Assembly (NCBI GenBank): GCA_020637445.1 | Contig: JACJVZ010000003.1 | Coordinates: 210,150 to 274,149, forward strand | Direction: 5' to 3' | Length of the DNA: 64,000 bases | Source of the DNA: Calditrichota bacterium | GTDB lineage: Bacteria > Electryoneota > RPQS01 | Shown: positions 10,009 through 20,044 of the stretch, one piece after another | How the letters are laid out: each line of letters starts with the position of its first letter | Numbering within the stretch: the stretch's first letter is position 1 | Notes under the pieces: generated by a model | Seen by the model: only the letters and a program-made list of their open reading frames with translations | Databases searched by the model: none | Told to the model about the DNA's origin: nothing | Made by a program: the position numbers and the translations under genes

Positions 10009-10980
10009 ATGTATCGCATCGCTCTTAGTTTGATGATCCTTCTTTTCCCAATGCTCACCGCATCGGGATACACGGTGTCCGGCAACATATCCGGTCGCGA
10101 AGGTGCGGCACTCACGTATGTTTATACGATTCCGACGAGTCTGGACACGTTCTACATCGCGATCGCGAATTTCCTGAATGGCAATTACTCACAGGGTAAT
10201 CTGGACGAGGGAAGTTACATCATATTCTCATTTCAGGATGCGAATTTCAGCTTTTTGCCCGATCCGGACGAATCGCGGGGATTTTACGGCGGAGAAGTAC
10301 CACAGACGTTGGACGTGTCGTCCGATTTGACAGGCATCGATATAGAACTGATGCCGCCGAACACAGGAGGATTTTCCGGTACGACGACGTACGAAGGCAG
10401 TGAAACGGGACCGACGTATGTTTTTGCACACCGGACGAACACGTTTGACGGCCTGCCAAGCGGAGCGGGAATTTTGCTCAACAATTCGGGAAGTGGAGAC
10501 TACACGGCGATAGTGGACAGCTTTGGAGTTTACTACGCGTTCGCGTTCATGGATGTGAATTCGAACTTTCAGTACGACGTGGGTGAACCCTACGACGTAT
10601 ACGGCGACGATCTTGAACCTGAGCCGATTACGATTACTCAGGGACAATCGTTTCCGGACAACATAAATTTCACTCTCGTAGCGACGTCTTCCGCAGCCGC
10701 GCCGACCGTGGCCGTTTCCGATTTCGAGCTTGGCCAAGCCTATCCCAATCCGTTCAATCCAGTCGCGACGATTCCTTTCACATTGGAAAGAACGTTGAGT
10801 GTTGAGATCGTGGCTTGCGACATCCTTGGACGAACGGTGCGAACACTGCACTCGGGGGTTTTACCCGCCGGCGAACACAGCGTTACCTTTGACGGCAACG
10901 GATTGGCGAGCGGACTCTACATTATCGAATTGCGCACACAAAACCACTCATCATGCACTCCCGCCGTGCTGTTGAAATAG
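10009..10980 (+). CDS. Secreted protein with T9SS C-terminal sorting domain
   Basis: Start at first ATG (MYRIALSLMILLFPMLTASG) with GGGAG upstream; the ORF-track start 10003 is TTG. CTD AYPNPFNPVATIPF...GLYIIEL. Confidence 0.7.
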   Translation: MYRIALSLMILLFPMLTASGYTVSGNISGREGAALTYVYTIPTSLDTFYIAIANFLNGNYSQGNLDEGSYIIFSFQDANFSFLPDPDESRGFYGGEVPQTLDVSSDLTGIDIELMPPNTGGFSGTTTYEGSETGPTYVFAHRTNTFDGLPSGAGILLNNSGSGDYTAIVDSFGVYYAFAFMDVNSNFQYDVGEPYDVYGDDLEPEPITITQGQSFPDNINFTLVATSSAAAPTVAVSDFELGQAYPNPFNPVATIPFTLERTLSVEIVACDILGRTVRTLHSGVLPAGEHSVTFDGNGLASGLYIIELRTQNHSSCTPAVLLK

Positions 10981-13900
10981 TTTGGCTCATAGGGCTCCTG
11001 ATTTTAGCCGCCGGACTGCGCGTTCCGACGGCACGCGGGGAAGCTCTCTTTGTTCGGGGAGAAGTCACGGGAATTTGGAGTGCGCCGATAGACACGGTGG
11101 TGATTGACAGCTTCGCGTGGGTTCCCGCTGCGGAGACATTGCAGATAGCGCCCGGAATGGTTGTGGCCTTTTCCGGGCGTTTTTCATTGTTGGTCAACGG
11201 AACTCTGTTAGCCAACGGCGAAGGCGATGATTCCATTTTCGTACAGAGCATTCCGTACCACGATTCCAACGGTCATCTTGGAATCAGGTTCTACGAAACC
11301 ACCACGATCTCGCGGCTGAACAAGGTCAAGTTCGAGGACGGGTTCGCGAACTCGGGTAACTTTGAACGCTACGGCGGAGCGCTTGAACTCTATTTCTCGG
11401 AAGTTGAAATAGACTCTTGTTTATTTCAAGGCAATCGCGCGCGCATCGACGGCGGAGCAATTTATTGCCGCGAAGCGGGGACGCTGACGGTGCGAGCCTC
11501 GGAGTTTGAAGGCGACAGCACACGGTTTGGCGGAGGCGGCGCAATTTTGGCGCGGACGAGCGGTTACGTGCGGCTGACGCGCTGTAGATTCACGAACAAC
11601 TCGGCGGCGGTAAGCGGCGGCGCGGTCACTTCGGAGAGCGGCGTCGTGGTTGAACTTGATAGCTGCTATTTTGCGAATAACTTTGCCGTCAACAAAGCCG
11701 GCGGGCTCTACCTCTGGTCGACTCCTCCGGCAAGCTGGATTCGCAATTGCGTGATTGAAGAGTGCGTGGCCGATCAGGGCGGCGGAATCTTTACGGACAA
11801 CTGCCGGGCGACGATCGACGGATGCACGATTCGGAATTGCTTTGCCCGCTTGGGCGGCGGATTAGGCGCGCGACGGTCGAATAATCTTACGACCCTTTCG
11901 CACACGACGATTACGGGAAACGCCGCCAATGAAGACGGCGGCGGACTCTACATTACGGAGGCCGCGCGCTGCACGGTCGAGAATTGTTTGATTGCGAACA
12001 ACACGGCCACACGCGGCGGGGGAATCTTCACAGTCGCGTCCACTTCGCCGACGATTCGCTTCACGACATTTGCAGGAAATATTGCGCAAGGCGGATCGGC
12101 TCTGGATTTCTACGGCGGCGGCGAAATTTACAATTCAATTGTCACAGGTGAAACCGGAGACGCTCTGGTCAATTACGGCGCCACCGCTTCACCGACGGTT
12201 TCCTATACGAACATCTTCTCAAACTCGGTGCCTGAGTTGTCGGGAGTTCATCCTGAGTGGCTGCTGGAAAACACGAGAATGAATGTCGCGCTGGTGGAAT
12301 GTGACTCGCTGAGAAACATCTCATTCGATCCACAATTTGTAAATTCCGACAGCGGTGATTTCAATCTTTCGGACATAAGTCCGTGCTTGTTCGGTGCAGA
12401 TACAAGCTATTCGAGCGGTGCTGATCTCGCTGGAAATCCACGGGTGTCTCCGCAGGGAAGTTGGCCGGATATGGGGGCATATGAGAACGATGCGCCGCTG
12501 CCGTATTTTCAGAATTGCGGACCGCAGCGCGGAGTTTGGTTTCCGGGCGAGTACGTTGTCGGCTGTTCTTTGAGAGTTGAAACCTCTGATACTCTTGTTC
12601 TGATGGGCGGCGCGACACTCTTGTTCGCTCCCGGAGCCGGACTATATGTTGAGGGAACGCTGCTGGCGATGGGCACCGCGCACGATTCGATCGTCTTTGA
12701 CCGCTATTTTGACTTGCCGGACGCGACGTGGAACGGGATTTCGCTGGCATCCTCGACCACAAATTCACGACTGAATTATTGTTCCGTGCGGCACGTCGTA
12801 GGAGCGTCGGCACTGACGACCAGCGAACCAGCCACACAACTCAACCATTGCACGTTTTCATTGAACGAGCACGTCGGCGGTGGCGGAGGAGCCGCAAGCG
12901 CGCTGCAAAACTCGTCACCTGTTTTTACAAGGTGCACATTTAAGCAGAACCGCGCAACCACGGGCGGAGCAGTTAGTGCCCTGACAGGACACATCGACTT
13001 TCGCGGATGCTTGTTTGACCACAACGAGGCGGTAAACTTCGGTGCTCCATTCACTGCACTTGGCGGCGCGGTGAAATGCGAAAACGGGAGCTTCTCGGAG
13101 TGCTTGTTTGTTTCCAACACGGCCTACGAGGGCGGCGGCGTCGCATTGGATCATACGGGGATTTTTACAGACTGCGAATTCGACTCATGCGCGGCATGGA
13201 AAGGCGGCGGCCTGTCGCTCGGCGGGGGAACGGCGGAGCTTTACCGGGTTGAGTTTCGCGGCAATCAAGGAAAGGATTTCGGCGGAGCTGTGTGCATGGG
13301 CGAGGCGGTACTTTCGGACAGCGGCAGCTTTTACATAGGCAATCGCGGTGCAAACGGCGGAGCGATCGCGAATCTTCATGGCGGGTACTCGGGAACAGAC
13401 ACTGAGTATAGTGACAACTCGGCCGACAATGAAGGGGGAGTGATTTGGCTGGGAAATGACCGAGCGGCATTGTTTTTTACGTGCACACTCCACCGCAACC
13501 ACGCGAAGACCGGTGGAGCAGTTTGGGGAGACGCGGCAGGCATCGACTTTTTCCGCTGCTTATTGGACAGCAATTATGCGACGGAAGCGACGGGCGGAAT
13601 TTACTTGCTCGGCGGAGGCGTGTCCTTCTTGCGTTCGACGGTCGTAAATCACCATTCGCCCGGGCAAGGCACGGTCGTGCAAAACCGTTTCAATTCGGTG
13701 TTGTGGTGCAACTCGACTCTGTTTGCCGAAAACGGCGACAGCCCCATTTCCGTTCACAGCGGAGTGCAGAACGACTTCCGGTATTCGATGAGTGACGTGC
13801 TCATCGTAGCCGGCGACGATTCGATCGGATTTCCGAGCAGGGTGAATTTTAACGGCGATTCGTGCGACGCGGATTTGAATCTTGTGGCTGAACCGTTGTT

Positions 13901-14624
13901 TGTCGATTATGCGGCTCGCGACTACCGGTTGCAGAGCGAATCCAAAGCGGTGCAGGCGGCAGATTCGCTGCTTCCGCTCGACGACGACGGAACGCGCGCG
14001 GATATTGGGCTCTATCCGGGTATTCGTCCGTACCTGCTTTTGCAGCCTTTCAATCTTGCGTGGCCTGAACGGAACGCATACTTTCATCCGGGCGATACGG
14101 TGGCGTTTGCATGGAATTCATCGTGGGACGGCGATCCGGGAGACGAAATAGACTATTCACTACATTTGCACAGCGAGTCGTTTGACACGGCTATTACAAC
14201 GGGCAGCGAACTTGGCCATACGGTAATACTGCATAACGGGCAATATGAATGGTGGGTCGTGGCCGCGTCGCATCAACCGGAAACGGAACTGGAAAGTTTT
14301 GAGCGCCGGACGTTTGTCGTCACCGATCCTGACCTTGGCCTTGATGATGTTTTGTGGCCCCGGGAGTTTTCAGTTTCGATGGACGGACCGAATCCGTTTA
14401 ACAGCGCAACGCGACTGCGGATTACTCTTCCCCACTCCACTGAAGTGACGGTAACATTGGTTAACGTTTTGGGCAGAACGTCATTCGCGATTCGTGAACG
14501 TGAATTTGTAGCTGGGGTCCATAGCATTTCAATTGATGGGACTCGGCTCGGTTCGGGTGTGTATTGGGCGCATGTTAAAACGAGTTTAGGAACGAAAACT
14601 CTTCAATTACACTTGATCAAATAG
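10953..14624 (+). CDS. Pmp-like parallel beta-helix repeat protein with T9SS C-terminal sorting domain
   Basis: 1223 aa; signal peptide; ~18 GGA[IVL]/GGG[IVL] and F-x-x-N motifs (DGGAIYC, FQGN, FTNN, FANN...) as in polymorphic-outer-membrane-protein repeats; CTD NPFNSATRL...GVYWAHVK. Start overlaps upstream gene by 28 nt, so start is uncertain. Confidence 0.8.
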   Translation: MHSRRAVEIVWLIGLLILAAGLRVPTARGEALFVRGEVTGIWSAPIDTVVIDSFAWVPAAETLQIAPGMVVAFSGRFSLLVNGTLLANGEGDDSIFVQSIPYHDSNGHLGIRFYETTTISRLNKVKFEDGFANSGNFERYGGALELYFSEVEIDSCLFQGNRARIDGGAIYCREAGTLTVRASEFEGDSTRFGGGGAILARTSGYVRLTRCRFTNNSAAVSGGAVTSESGVVVELDSCYFANNFAVNKAGGLYLWSTPPASWIRNCVIEECVADQGGGIFTDNCRATIDGCTIRNCFARLGGGLGARRSNNLTTLSHTTITGNAANEDGGGLYITEAARCTVENCLIANNTATRGGGIFTVASTSPTIRFTTFAGNIAQGGSALDFYGGGEIYNSIVTGETGDALVNYGATASPTVSYTNIFSNSVPELSGVHPEWLLENTRMNVALVECDSLRNISFDPQFVNSDSGDFNLSDISPCLFGADTSYSSGADLAGNPRVSPQGSWPDMGAYENDAPLPYFQNCGPQRGVWFPGEYVVGCSLRVETSDTLVLMGGATLLFAPGAGLYVEGTLLAMGTAHDSIVFDRYFDLPDATWNGISLASSTTNSRLNYCSVRHVVGASALTTSEPATQLNHCTFSLNEHVGGGGGAASALQNSSPVFTRCTFKQNRATTGGAVSALTGHIDFRGCLFDHNEAVNFGAPFTALGGAVKCENGSFSECLFVSNTAYEGGGVALDHTGIFTDCEFDSCAAWKGGGLSLGGGTAELYRVEFRGNQGKDFGGAVCMGEAVLSDSGSFYIGNRGANGGAIANLHGGYSGTDTEYSDNSADNEGGVIWLGNDRAALFFTCTLHRNHAKTGGAVWGDAAGIDFFRCLLDSNYATEATGGIYLLGGGVSFLRSTVVNHHSPGQGTVVQNRFNSVLWCNSTLFAENGDSPISVHSGVQNDFRYSMSDVLIVAGDDSIGFPSRVNFNGDSCDADLNLVAEPLFVDYAARDYRLQSESKAVQAADSLLPLDDDGTRADIGLYPGIRPYLLLQPFNLAWPERNAYFHPGDTVAFAWNSSWDGDPGDEIDYSLHLHSESFDTAITTGSELGHTVILHNGQYEWWVVAASHQPETELESFERRTFVVTDPDLGLDDVLWPREFSVSMDGPNPFNSATRLRITLPHSTEVTVTLVNVLGRTSFAIREREFVAGVHSISIDGTRLGSGVYWAHVKTSLGTKTLQLHLIK

Positions 14625-14652
14625 TTTATCAACCAGTATAGATATCGATGCG

Positions 14653-14687
14653 GGAGGTCGGCTGCGATGCCGACCTCTCTTTTTTTC
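14653..14687 (+). terminator. Intrinsic terminator after the Pmp-like gene
   Basis: Stem ggaggtcggc / gccgacctc with loop tgcgat, followed by tctttttttc. Confidence 0.75.
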
Positions 14688-14877
14688 ACAATGTACGCAA
14701 AGTCGGCTTTTCAAGCAGATTTTGCGGGTGAATGCTGATGCAAATCATTGAATATAGTGTTCTTTGAAATTCGACAAACTTAATCAAGGTTTTTTGATAA
14801 TTGCTCTGATTCTCTTGCACTTGCGCGAACCAGAAGGTAATTTGTAGGTGACACTAACAGTAAAAGGGGATTATGTC

Positions 14878-17800
14878 ATGAGAGCAAGGATTTTGCTGTT
14901 GAGCCTTGCGGCACTGATGATGATCGGAGAGCGGGGAGTGCTCGCTGATTCAGCACAAGTATCTGAAGTCCGTGGCCAAAGATTGCGGACGGAACTGCAA
15001 AAGACGAACGATTCGGCAAAACAGAGAGCGATCAGAAAAGAGATTTCGCAGCGTGCGCAGACTCGGGAGCGGAGAGACTCGCGCGAACGGTTGGATCAGG
15101 GAGGAGAAACATGCTCTTTGCCGACGGACTTGACAGGAATGCCGATTCCGATTGTCGTGTCCGGAACCACCATCGACTTCGCGGACGACTACAATTGTGC
15201 AGGATTCGGTCCCGCGCCTCCGCCCTGCTGGACAGGCTACTACGATCAGCTGACTTCGTGTTCCGGGCCGGACGTGGTCTACAGGTTTACACCGCCGGCA
15301 GACGGGGATTACCGTTTTTCGTTGTGCAATTCGGATTACGACACGGGAATCCTGATCTTTAACGATAACTGTCCGCCGAATTTTCCGACGGACTTCGTCT
15401 GCGGAAACGACGACTATTGCAATGTTCAGACTGAGATCGTATCGCTTTCTCTGACCTCCTCGCAACCGATATTGGTTATTATCGACGGCTGGAATGGTGA
15501 TGCGGGAAACTACGAGTTGGTGATTGATTTTGCGGAGCCGCCGCCGCCCAACGACGATTGTTTCGGTGCACAGTTCATCGAGGCGCCGTCTTTGGTGTCA
15601 GGATCGACGGCCAATGCAACGTATGACGATGCGCCGTTCGTCTGCGGAGGGTCGGTCATCGACGGTCCGGGAGTTTGGTATACGACTCTGGGAACTGGAA
15701 ATACGATGACCGTGAATACGTGCTTGCTGGACGGCTATGACACTCAGATCGCCGTTTACCAAGGAGGTTGTACGGGTTTGACGTGTGTTGACGGCAATGA
15801 TCAATTCTGCCTGAATCAGAGTCAAGTGACGTGGTGCAGTCAAGCGGGAGAGCAGTATTTCATTCTCGTGCACGGTTATCAGGGACAGGCCGGAGATTTT
15901 GTGTTGGAACTCACGGACGACGGCATCCCGTGCGGAGGAACGACGCCTGTACTATCCATCCTTGAAGTTTACGAGAACTTGCCGGACTTGGTAGGTCAAC
16001 AGGTGACCATCCGGGGCTTTGGTTCCGGCCCGAATCAGGGGATTATCACGGAAACTGAAGGTGATTGGCTGCGCAACACGGAGCTTGAGCCGTATTCGGC
16101 GCTCAAAGTAGTCGGACTTGATCCTTGGAATATTTACATTCCTGAGTTGATGTGGGGGCAGTACATCGAAGTGCAAGGTATCATTGGCGCGATTCCGATC
16201 TCGCCGGACGTGCCGCCGGGATATGAGGCCACGATTGAAGTCAACGCGCCTGCGGTCGTGGTCCCGAGCACGCCGCATGTGCCGGTAACTCAGGGAAATT
16301 GGCGGCCAGCCAATTGGACTCCAGACACGACGAATTGTGATACGTGCAATTTCGGGATGTTCATCTCGGGCGGAATCGACAGTGCAAACAACCGGGACGA
16401 CTACTGGGATGATTTGGTTGATTTCTACTGTTACAAAACCGGCGCCGGGTATTGTCCGCAGAATATCAACATCTACTATTTCAAAGGCGACACGCTGGAC
16501 GGTAGAATACCTCCTGCGCGAGTGGACTCTTGCACACAGGCAAAGATTCAGGCCAGAATCAATGCGATTGCCAGCAAGGTCAAGGCTTGCAAAGATGCTG
16601 GCAAAACACCCAAGGTTGAGATTGTCGTGACGAATCACGGAAAACATCCTCCCAACGGTGGAATCAATATTCTGGGCCGCGACGGGGCCGGCAGTTCAAA
16701 CGCGATATCGCCGCATGATTTCACATCCATGATCCAGACTTTGTGCGATTCTGGAGCTGCAAATATCGAGATTGAGTTAGGCGAGTGCTTCAGCGGACAG
16801 ATGGTCAATCATCTTCGCGACAGTTTGGACACTAAAGGCGCAAATGTCACGGCAGCTTCGGCGGCGCCGGATTCACTTTCGAGTTGGAGCAAAGGCAAGA
16901 AGGGCGGCTGGAACCGTTGGCTGAATCCGTTGGTTTGCGCGAGATACTCGGGAGAAAGCCTTCCCGAAGCGATTCGTAGAGCGAATCAAAGCTACGACTC
17001 TTCTCTTGTGCAGCTTGATTCGTTGTTCCGGGCATGGGCAGCTTATCTCGATTCACTTGGTACACACGGAGACTCGGTGAAGGCCGCCAAGTACCGCCGG
17101 TGGGCCAGCGACGCCATCAACGGCAAGGGCGGAGAAACCGTTTGGTTCAGCAGAACGTTCAAAGAATCGTGCAACGGAGACACGATATCGGTTTCGCCGG
17201 GCGGCAGACTTGAATTCACGTATTCCGGTCCGAACTCGAGCTGCGGCAACAGCGAGATTATTTGCAAAAACACGGCCGGCCATTGGATCAATTACCGCCA
17301 TTGGAATTGGAACGTACCGGGCTCCGCGGGTTACCACACTGGCAACAATGTCCGCACGTTGGATGCCGGTGCGGGACACACAGGACTCTACGTCATTCAC
17401 AGTTTGAGTGATTCATTCAGGGTTTCTATCAAATCCATCAATCCACCGCTTCCTCCAAGTCTTTTGACCTCTGCTTCGAATCCTGAAGACTATGCGGGCT
17501 TCGGTGTGGGCTGGACATCGGGAAATTCGGATGAATTCGGGGCAATCAATACGGCCACACTGACACTCCCGGACGTGGACGACGACGGATTTGATCTGTC
17601 GACGGCTCCGAAACTGCTCGGCCCGGGCGGAGTGGGACAATTGTTCGCGGACTTTGACGTGTTGGCGGAGAACTATTGGTGGACGGACATGCGGGTTTAT
17701 ATGCGCGTGCTCGGAGGAACGGCCGGTGTGACGGTGACAGCGGACTGTCCCGATTGCGAATTCTCCAATGTTTCGTACGATCTCGCGGGCGGAGACGAGA

Positions 17801-18144
17801 AATTTTATTTGAACCTCGGTTCGATCAACGTGGTGGGTTCACATACGTTGTCGCTCACGGCGACCGGAACAACGGAATTGGATTGTTGGGGACTTGAATC
17901 GGCACACTCGACGGGAACACCGCTGCCTGTGACGGATCTTGTGATCATTCGTGACGGCGACAACATCAACCTTCACTGGAGCGCGGTGCCGCTTGCCGTC
18001 AGTTATTTGGTACAGAGAGCTGCATCCGAGAATGGGCCGTGGGCAACCATTGGATTGGCTTTCGGAACGACTTTCGTGCATACGGGACAAGCGGCGTCCT
18101 CAGACGAGCAGCTTTACTACCAAGTGATCGCGGTTAGTCCGTAG
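14878..18144 (+). CDS. Large secreted multidomain protein: two PPC-like jelly-roll domains, clan-CD (legumain/gingipain-like) cysteine peptidase candidate, C-terminal Fn3-like domain
   Basis: Start at ATG (MRARILLLSLAALMMIG) with AAAGGGG upstream; putative His-Cys dyad in strand-associated motifs IVVTNHGKHP and IEIELGECFSGQM; no T9SS CTD. Confidence 0.75.
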   Translation: MRARILLLSLAALMMIGERGVLADSAQVSEVRGQRLRTELQKTNDSAKQRAIRKEISQRAQTRERRDSRERLDQGGETCSLPTDLTGMPIPIVVSGTTIDFADDYNCAGFGPAPPPCWTGYYDQLTSCSGPDVVYRFTPPADGDYRFSLCNSDYDTGILIFNDNCPPNFPTDFVCGNDDYCNVQTEIVSLSLTSSQPILVIIDGWNGDAGNYELVIDFAEPPPPNDDCFGAQFIEAPSLVSGSTANATYDDAPFVCGGSVIDGPGVWYTTLGTGNTMTVNTCLLDGYDTQIAVYQGGCTGLTCVDGNDQFCLNQSQVTWCSQAGEQYFILVHGYQGQAGDFVLELTDDGIPCGGTTPVLSILEVYENLPDLVGQQVTIRGFGSGPNQGIITETEGDWLRNTELEPYSALKVVGLDPWNIYIPELMWGQYIEVQGIIGAIPISPDVPPGYEATIEVNAPAVVVPSTPHVPVTQGNWRPANWTPDTTNCDTCNFGMFISGGIDSANNRDDYWDDLVDFYCYKTGAGYCPQNINIYYFKGDTLDGRIPPARVDSCTQAKIQARINAIASKVKACKDAGKTPKVEIVVTNHGKHPPNGGINILGRDGAGSSNAISPHDFTSMIQTLCDSGAANIEIELGECFSGQMVNHLRDSLDTKGANVTAASAAPDSLSSWSKGKKGGWNRWLNPLVCARYSGESLPEAIRRANQSYDSSLVQLDSLFRAWAAYLDSLGTHGDSVKAAKYRRWASDAINGKGGETVWFSRTFKESCNGDTISVSPGGRLEFTYSGPNSSCGNSEIICKNTAGHWINYRHWNWNVPGSAGYHTGNNVRTLDAGAGHTGLYVIHSLSDSFRVSIKSINPPLPPSLLTSASNPEDYAGFGVGWTSGNSDEFGAINTATLTLPDVDDDGFDLSTAPKLLGPGGVGQLFADFDVLAENYWWTDMRVYMRVLGGTAGVTVTADCPDCEFSNVSYDLAGGDEKFYLNLGSINVVGSHTLSLTATGTTELDCWGLESAHSTGTPLPVTDLVIIRDGDNINLHWSAVPLAVSYLVQRAASENGPWATIGLAFGTTFVHTGQAASSDEQLYYQVIAVSP

Positions 18145-18175
18145 GACCCAAGAAACCAGAACTGGGGAGAGGGAA

Positions 18176-18225
18176 CGGGGCGCGGCTCGCAAGAGTCCGC
18201 CCCGTTTCTGCTTGTTTTGGGTTTT
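18176..18225 (+). terminator. Intrinsic terminator candidate after the clan-CD peptidase gene
   Basis: cggggcg...cgccccg stem followed by tttctgcttgttttgggtttt. Confidence 0.5.
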
Positions 18226-18297
18226 CAAGCCTCGCACAGGGGCGCGAAATCGTTTGTAAGGCTATAAAAACAATGGGAATAAGAGGCAAAATCGGGG

Positions 18298-18326
18298 TTG
18301 ACTCTGCGGGGGAATTTTCGTAGTAT
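18298..18326 (+). promoter_or_regulatory. Sigma70-like promoter candidate upstream of the aldehyde dehydrogenase gene
   Basis: TTGACT, 17-nt spacer, TAGTAT, about 75 nt upstream of the start; consensus for this lineage is unknown, so tentative. Confidence 0.3.
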
Positions 18327-18403
18327 TTAGAGCTATAGGTGGCAAACAGTTATTTCGGACAGCGCACGCGCCGTCCGCATAGTATTAAGTCAGGAGATTG
18401 ATC

Positions 18404-19939
18404 GTGGCGACAGCGACAGAGAAGAAGAAAGCCAGCCCGAACGGCGGCAAGGGCAAGACCAAAGTTTATCAGAATTTTATCGCCGGGAAGTGGTGCGACA
18501 GCTCGAACGGAGCAATTGTCGAAAACCGCAATCCGGCGATGTGGTCGGATTTGATTGGAACATTTCCGCACAGCACCAAGGAAGATGTGGACCGCGCGGT
18601 GAAGTCGGCGCAAAAGGGGTTTAAGAATTGGCGCTTGATTCCGCCTCCGCAGAAGGCGAAACTGTTCTTCCGTTTGGTGGAGATTTTGACCGAACGCAAA
18701 GAGCAGCTCGCGTTTGATATGACGCGCGAGATGGGCAAACCGATTTTTGAAACGCGCGGCGACGTGCAGGAAGCGATTGACACGGCGTGGTATGCCAGCG
18801 GCGAAGGCTATCGCATGTTCGGCAAGACCGTTCCGTCGGAACAGAACAACAAGTTCGCCATGACCGTGCGGATGCCGATCGGCGTGGCGGGATTGATCGC
18901 GCCGTGGAATTTCCCGATGGCGATTCCGTCGTGGAAAATTATTCCTGCGCTGATGTGCGGCAACACGGTCGTGTTCAAGCCCGCCGAATTGGTACCGCTG
19001 TCATCGCATAATTTCATTCAAGCGATTTTGGACGCGGGTTTCCCGCCGGAAATCATCAACCTCGTGCATGGGTCGGGCAAAGAAGTCGGCGCACATATGG
19101 TGACGCATCCCGATATTCCGCTGATTTCGTTTACCGGTTCATCGGCGGTGGGTCGCACGATTGGCCGCGACGCGAGCGGCATGCTGAAGCGCGTCTCGAT
19201 GGAACTGGGCGGCAAGAACGCTCAGATCGTGATGAACGACGCCGATTTGGATCACGCGGTGGAGTGTGCGATCTGGGGCGGCTTCGGCACGACGGGTCAG
19301 CGCTGCACGGCGACGTCACGGGTGATTTGTGAAGAAGGCATTCACGATGCGTTCGTCGAGAAGTACAAGAAGGCCGCGAAGAAACTTAAGATCGGTTACG
19401 GCAACAACGCCGACGTGACGATGGGGCCTTGCGTGAGCGAGGGCCAACGCAAGACGGTGCTCGACTATGTCGAAGTCGGCAAGAAGGACGGCGCGGAACT
19501 CGTATTGGGCGGCAAGGCGCTGACCAAGGGTGATCATGCCGACGGATGGTTCATGGAGCCGACGATTTTCACGGGTGTGAAGCCGAACATGCGGATTGCG
19601 CAGGAAGAAATTTTCGGACCGGTGGTGTCGGTGCTGAAGGCCAAGAATTTCGACGACGCAATCAAGATCAGCAACGGAATCGACTACGGTCTGTCGAGCG
19701 CGGTGTTTACGAAGAACGTGGATCAGGCGTTCCGCGCGTTCCGCGACATCGAAGCCGGGATCACCTACGTCAACGCGGCAACAATCGGCGCCGAAGCGCA
19801 CATGCCCTTCGGCGGCCTGAAAGCCACCGGCAACGGTCACCGCGAAGGCGGCTGGGAGGTCTACGAATTCTATTCAGAGACCAAGAGCTGCTACGTTGAT
19901 TACTCGGGCAAGCTCCAAAGAGCGCAGATTGACGAATGA
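18404..19939 (+). CDS. NAD(P)-dependent aldehyde dehydrogenase
   Basis: ALDH signatures ELGGKN and catalytic Cys in GQRCTA; GTG start 6 nt after AGGAG preferred over the ORF-track TTG at 18398. Confidence 0.9.
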   Translation: MATATEKKKASPNGGKGKTKVYQNFIAGKWCDSSNGAIVENRNPAMWSDLIGTFPHSTKEDVDRAVKSAQKGFKNWRLIPPPQKAKLFFRLVEILTERKEQLAFDMTREMGKPIFETRGDVQEAIDTAWYASGEGYRMFGKTVPSEQNNKFAMTVRMPIGVAGLIAPWNFPMAIPSWKIIPALMCGNTVVFKPAELVPLSSHNFIQAILDAGFPPEIINLVHGSGKEVGAHMVTHPDIPLISFTGSSAVGRTIGRDASGMLKRVSMELGGKNAQIVMNDADLDHAVECAIWGGFGTTGQRCTATSRVICEEGIHDAFVEKYKKAAKKLKIGYGNNADVTMGPCVSEGQRKTVLDYVEVGKKDGAELVLGGKALTKGDHADGWFMEPTIFTGVKPNMRIAQEEIFGPVVSVLKAKNFDDAIKISNGIDYGLSSAVFTKNVDQAFRAFRDIEAGITYVNAATIGAEAHMPFGGLKATGNGHREGGWEVYEFYSETKSCYVDYSGKLQRAQIDE

Positions 19940-19947
19940 GTTCAGGT

Positions 19948-19976
19948 CACTGGCGGAGTATGCTGCTCCGCCAGTG
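19948..19976 (+). terminator. Hairpin after the aldehyde dehydrogenase gene (terminator-like, no T-tract)
   Basis: Perfect 11-bp stem cactggcggag / ctccgccagtg with 7-nt loop, 9 nt after the stop codon. Confidence 0.4.
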
Positions 19977-19983
19977 ATTCCGG

Positions 19984-20026
19984 ATTCCGGCGGGGAACCG
20001 CTGCGCTAAATCCCCGCTCGGCGAAT
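19984..20026 (+). repeat. Conserved motif family 2, copy A
   Basis: gattccggcggggaaccgctgcgctaaatccccgctcggcgaa; 6-bp stem cgggga/tccccg around the conserved loop accgctgcgct. Confidence 0.6.
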
Positions 20027-20044
20027 TTGAACAAATTGCAACCT

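Noticed and set aside
13560-14087. 175-aa minus-strand ORF inside the Pmp-like gene
   Set aside because: Antisense to a gene with strong repeat and CTD evidence; Arg-rich shadow ORF.
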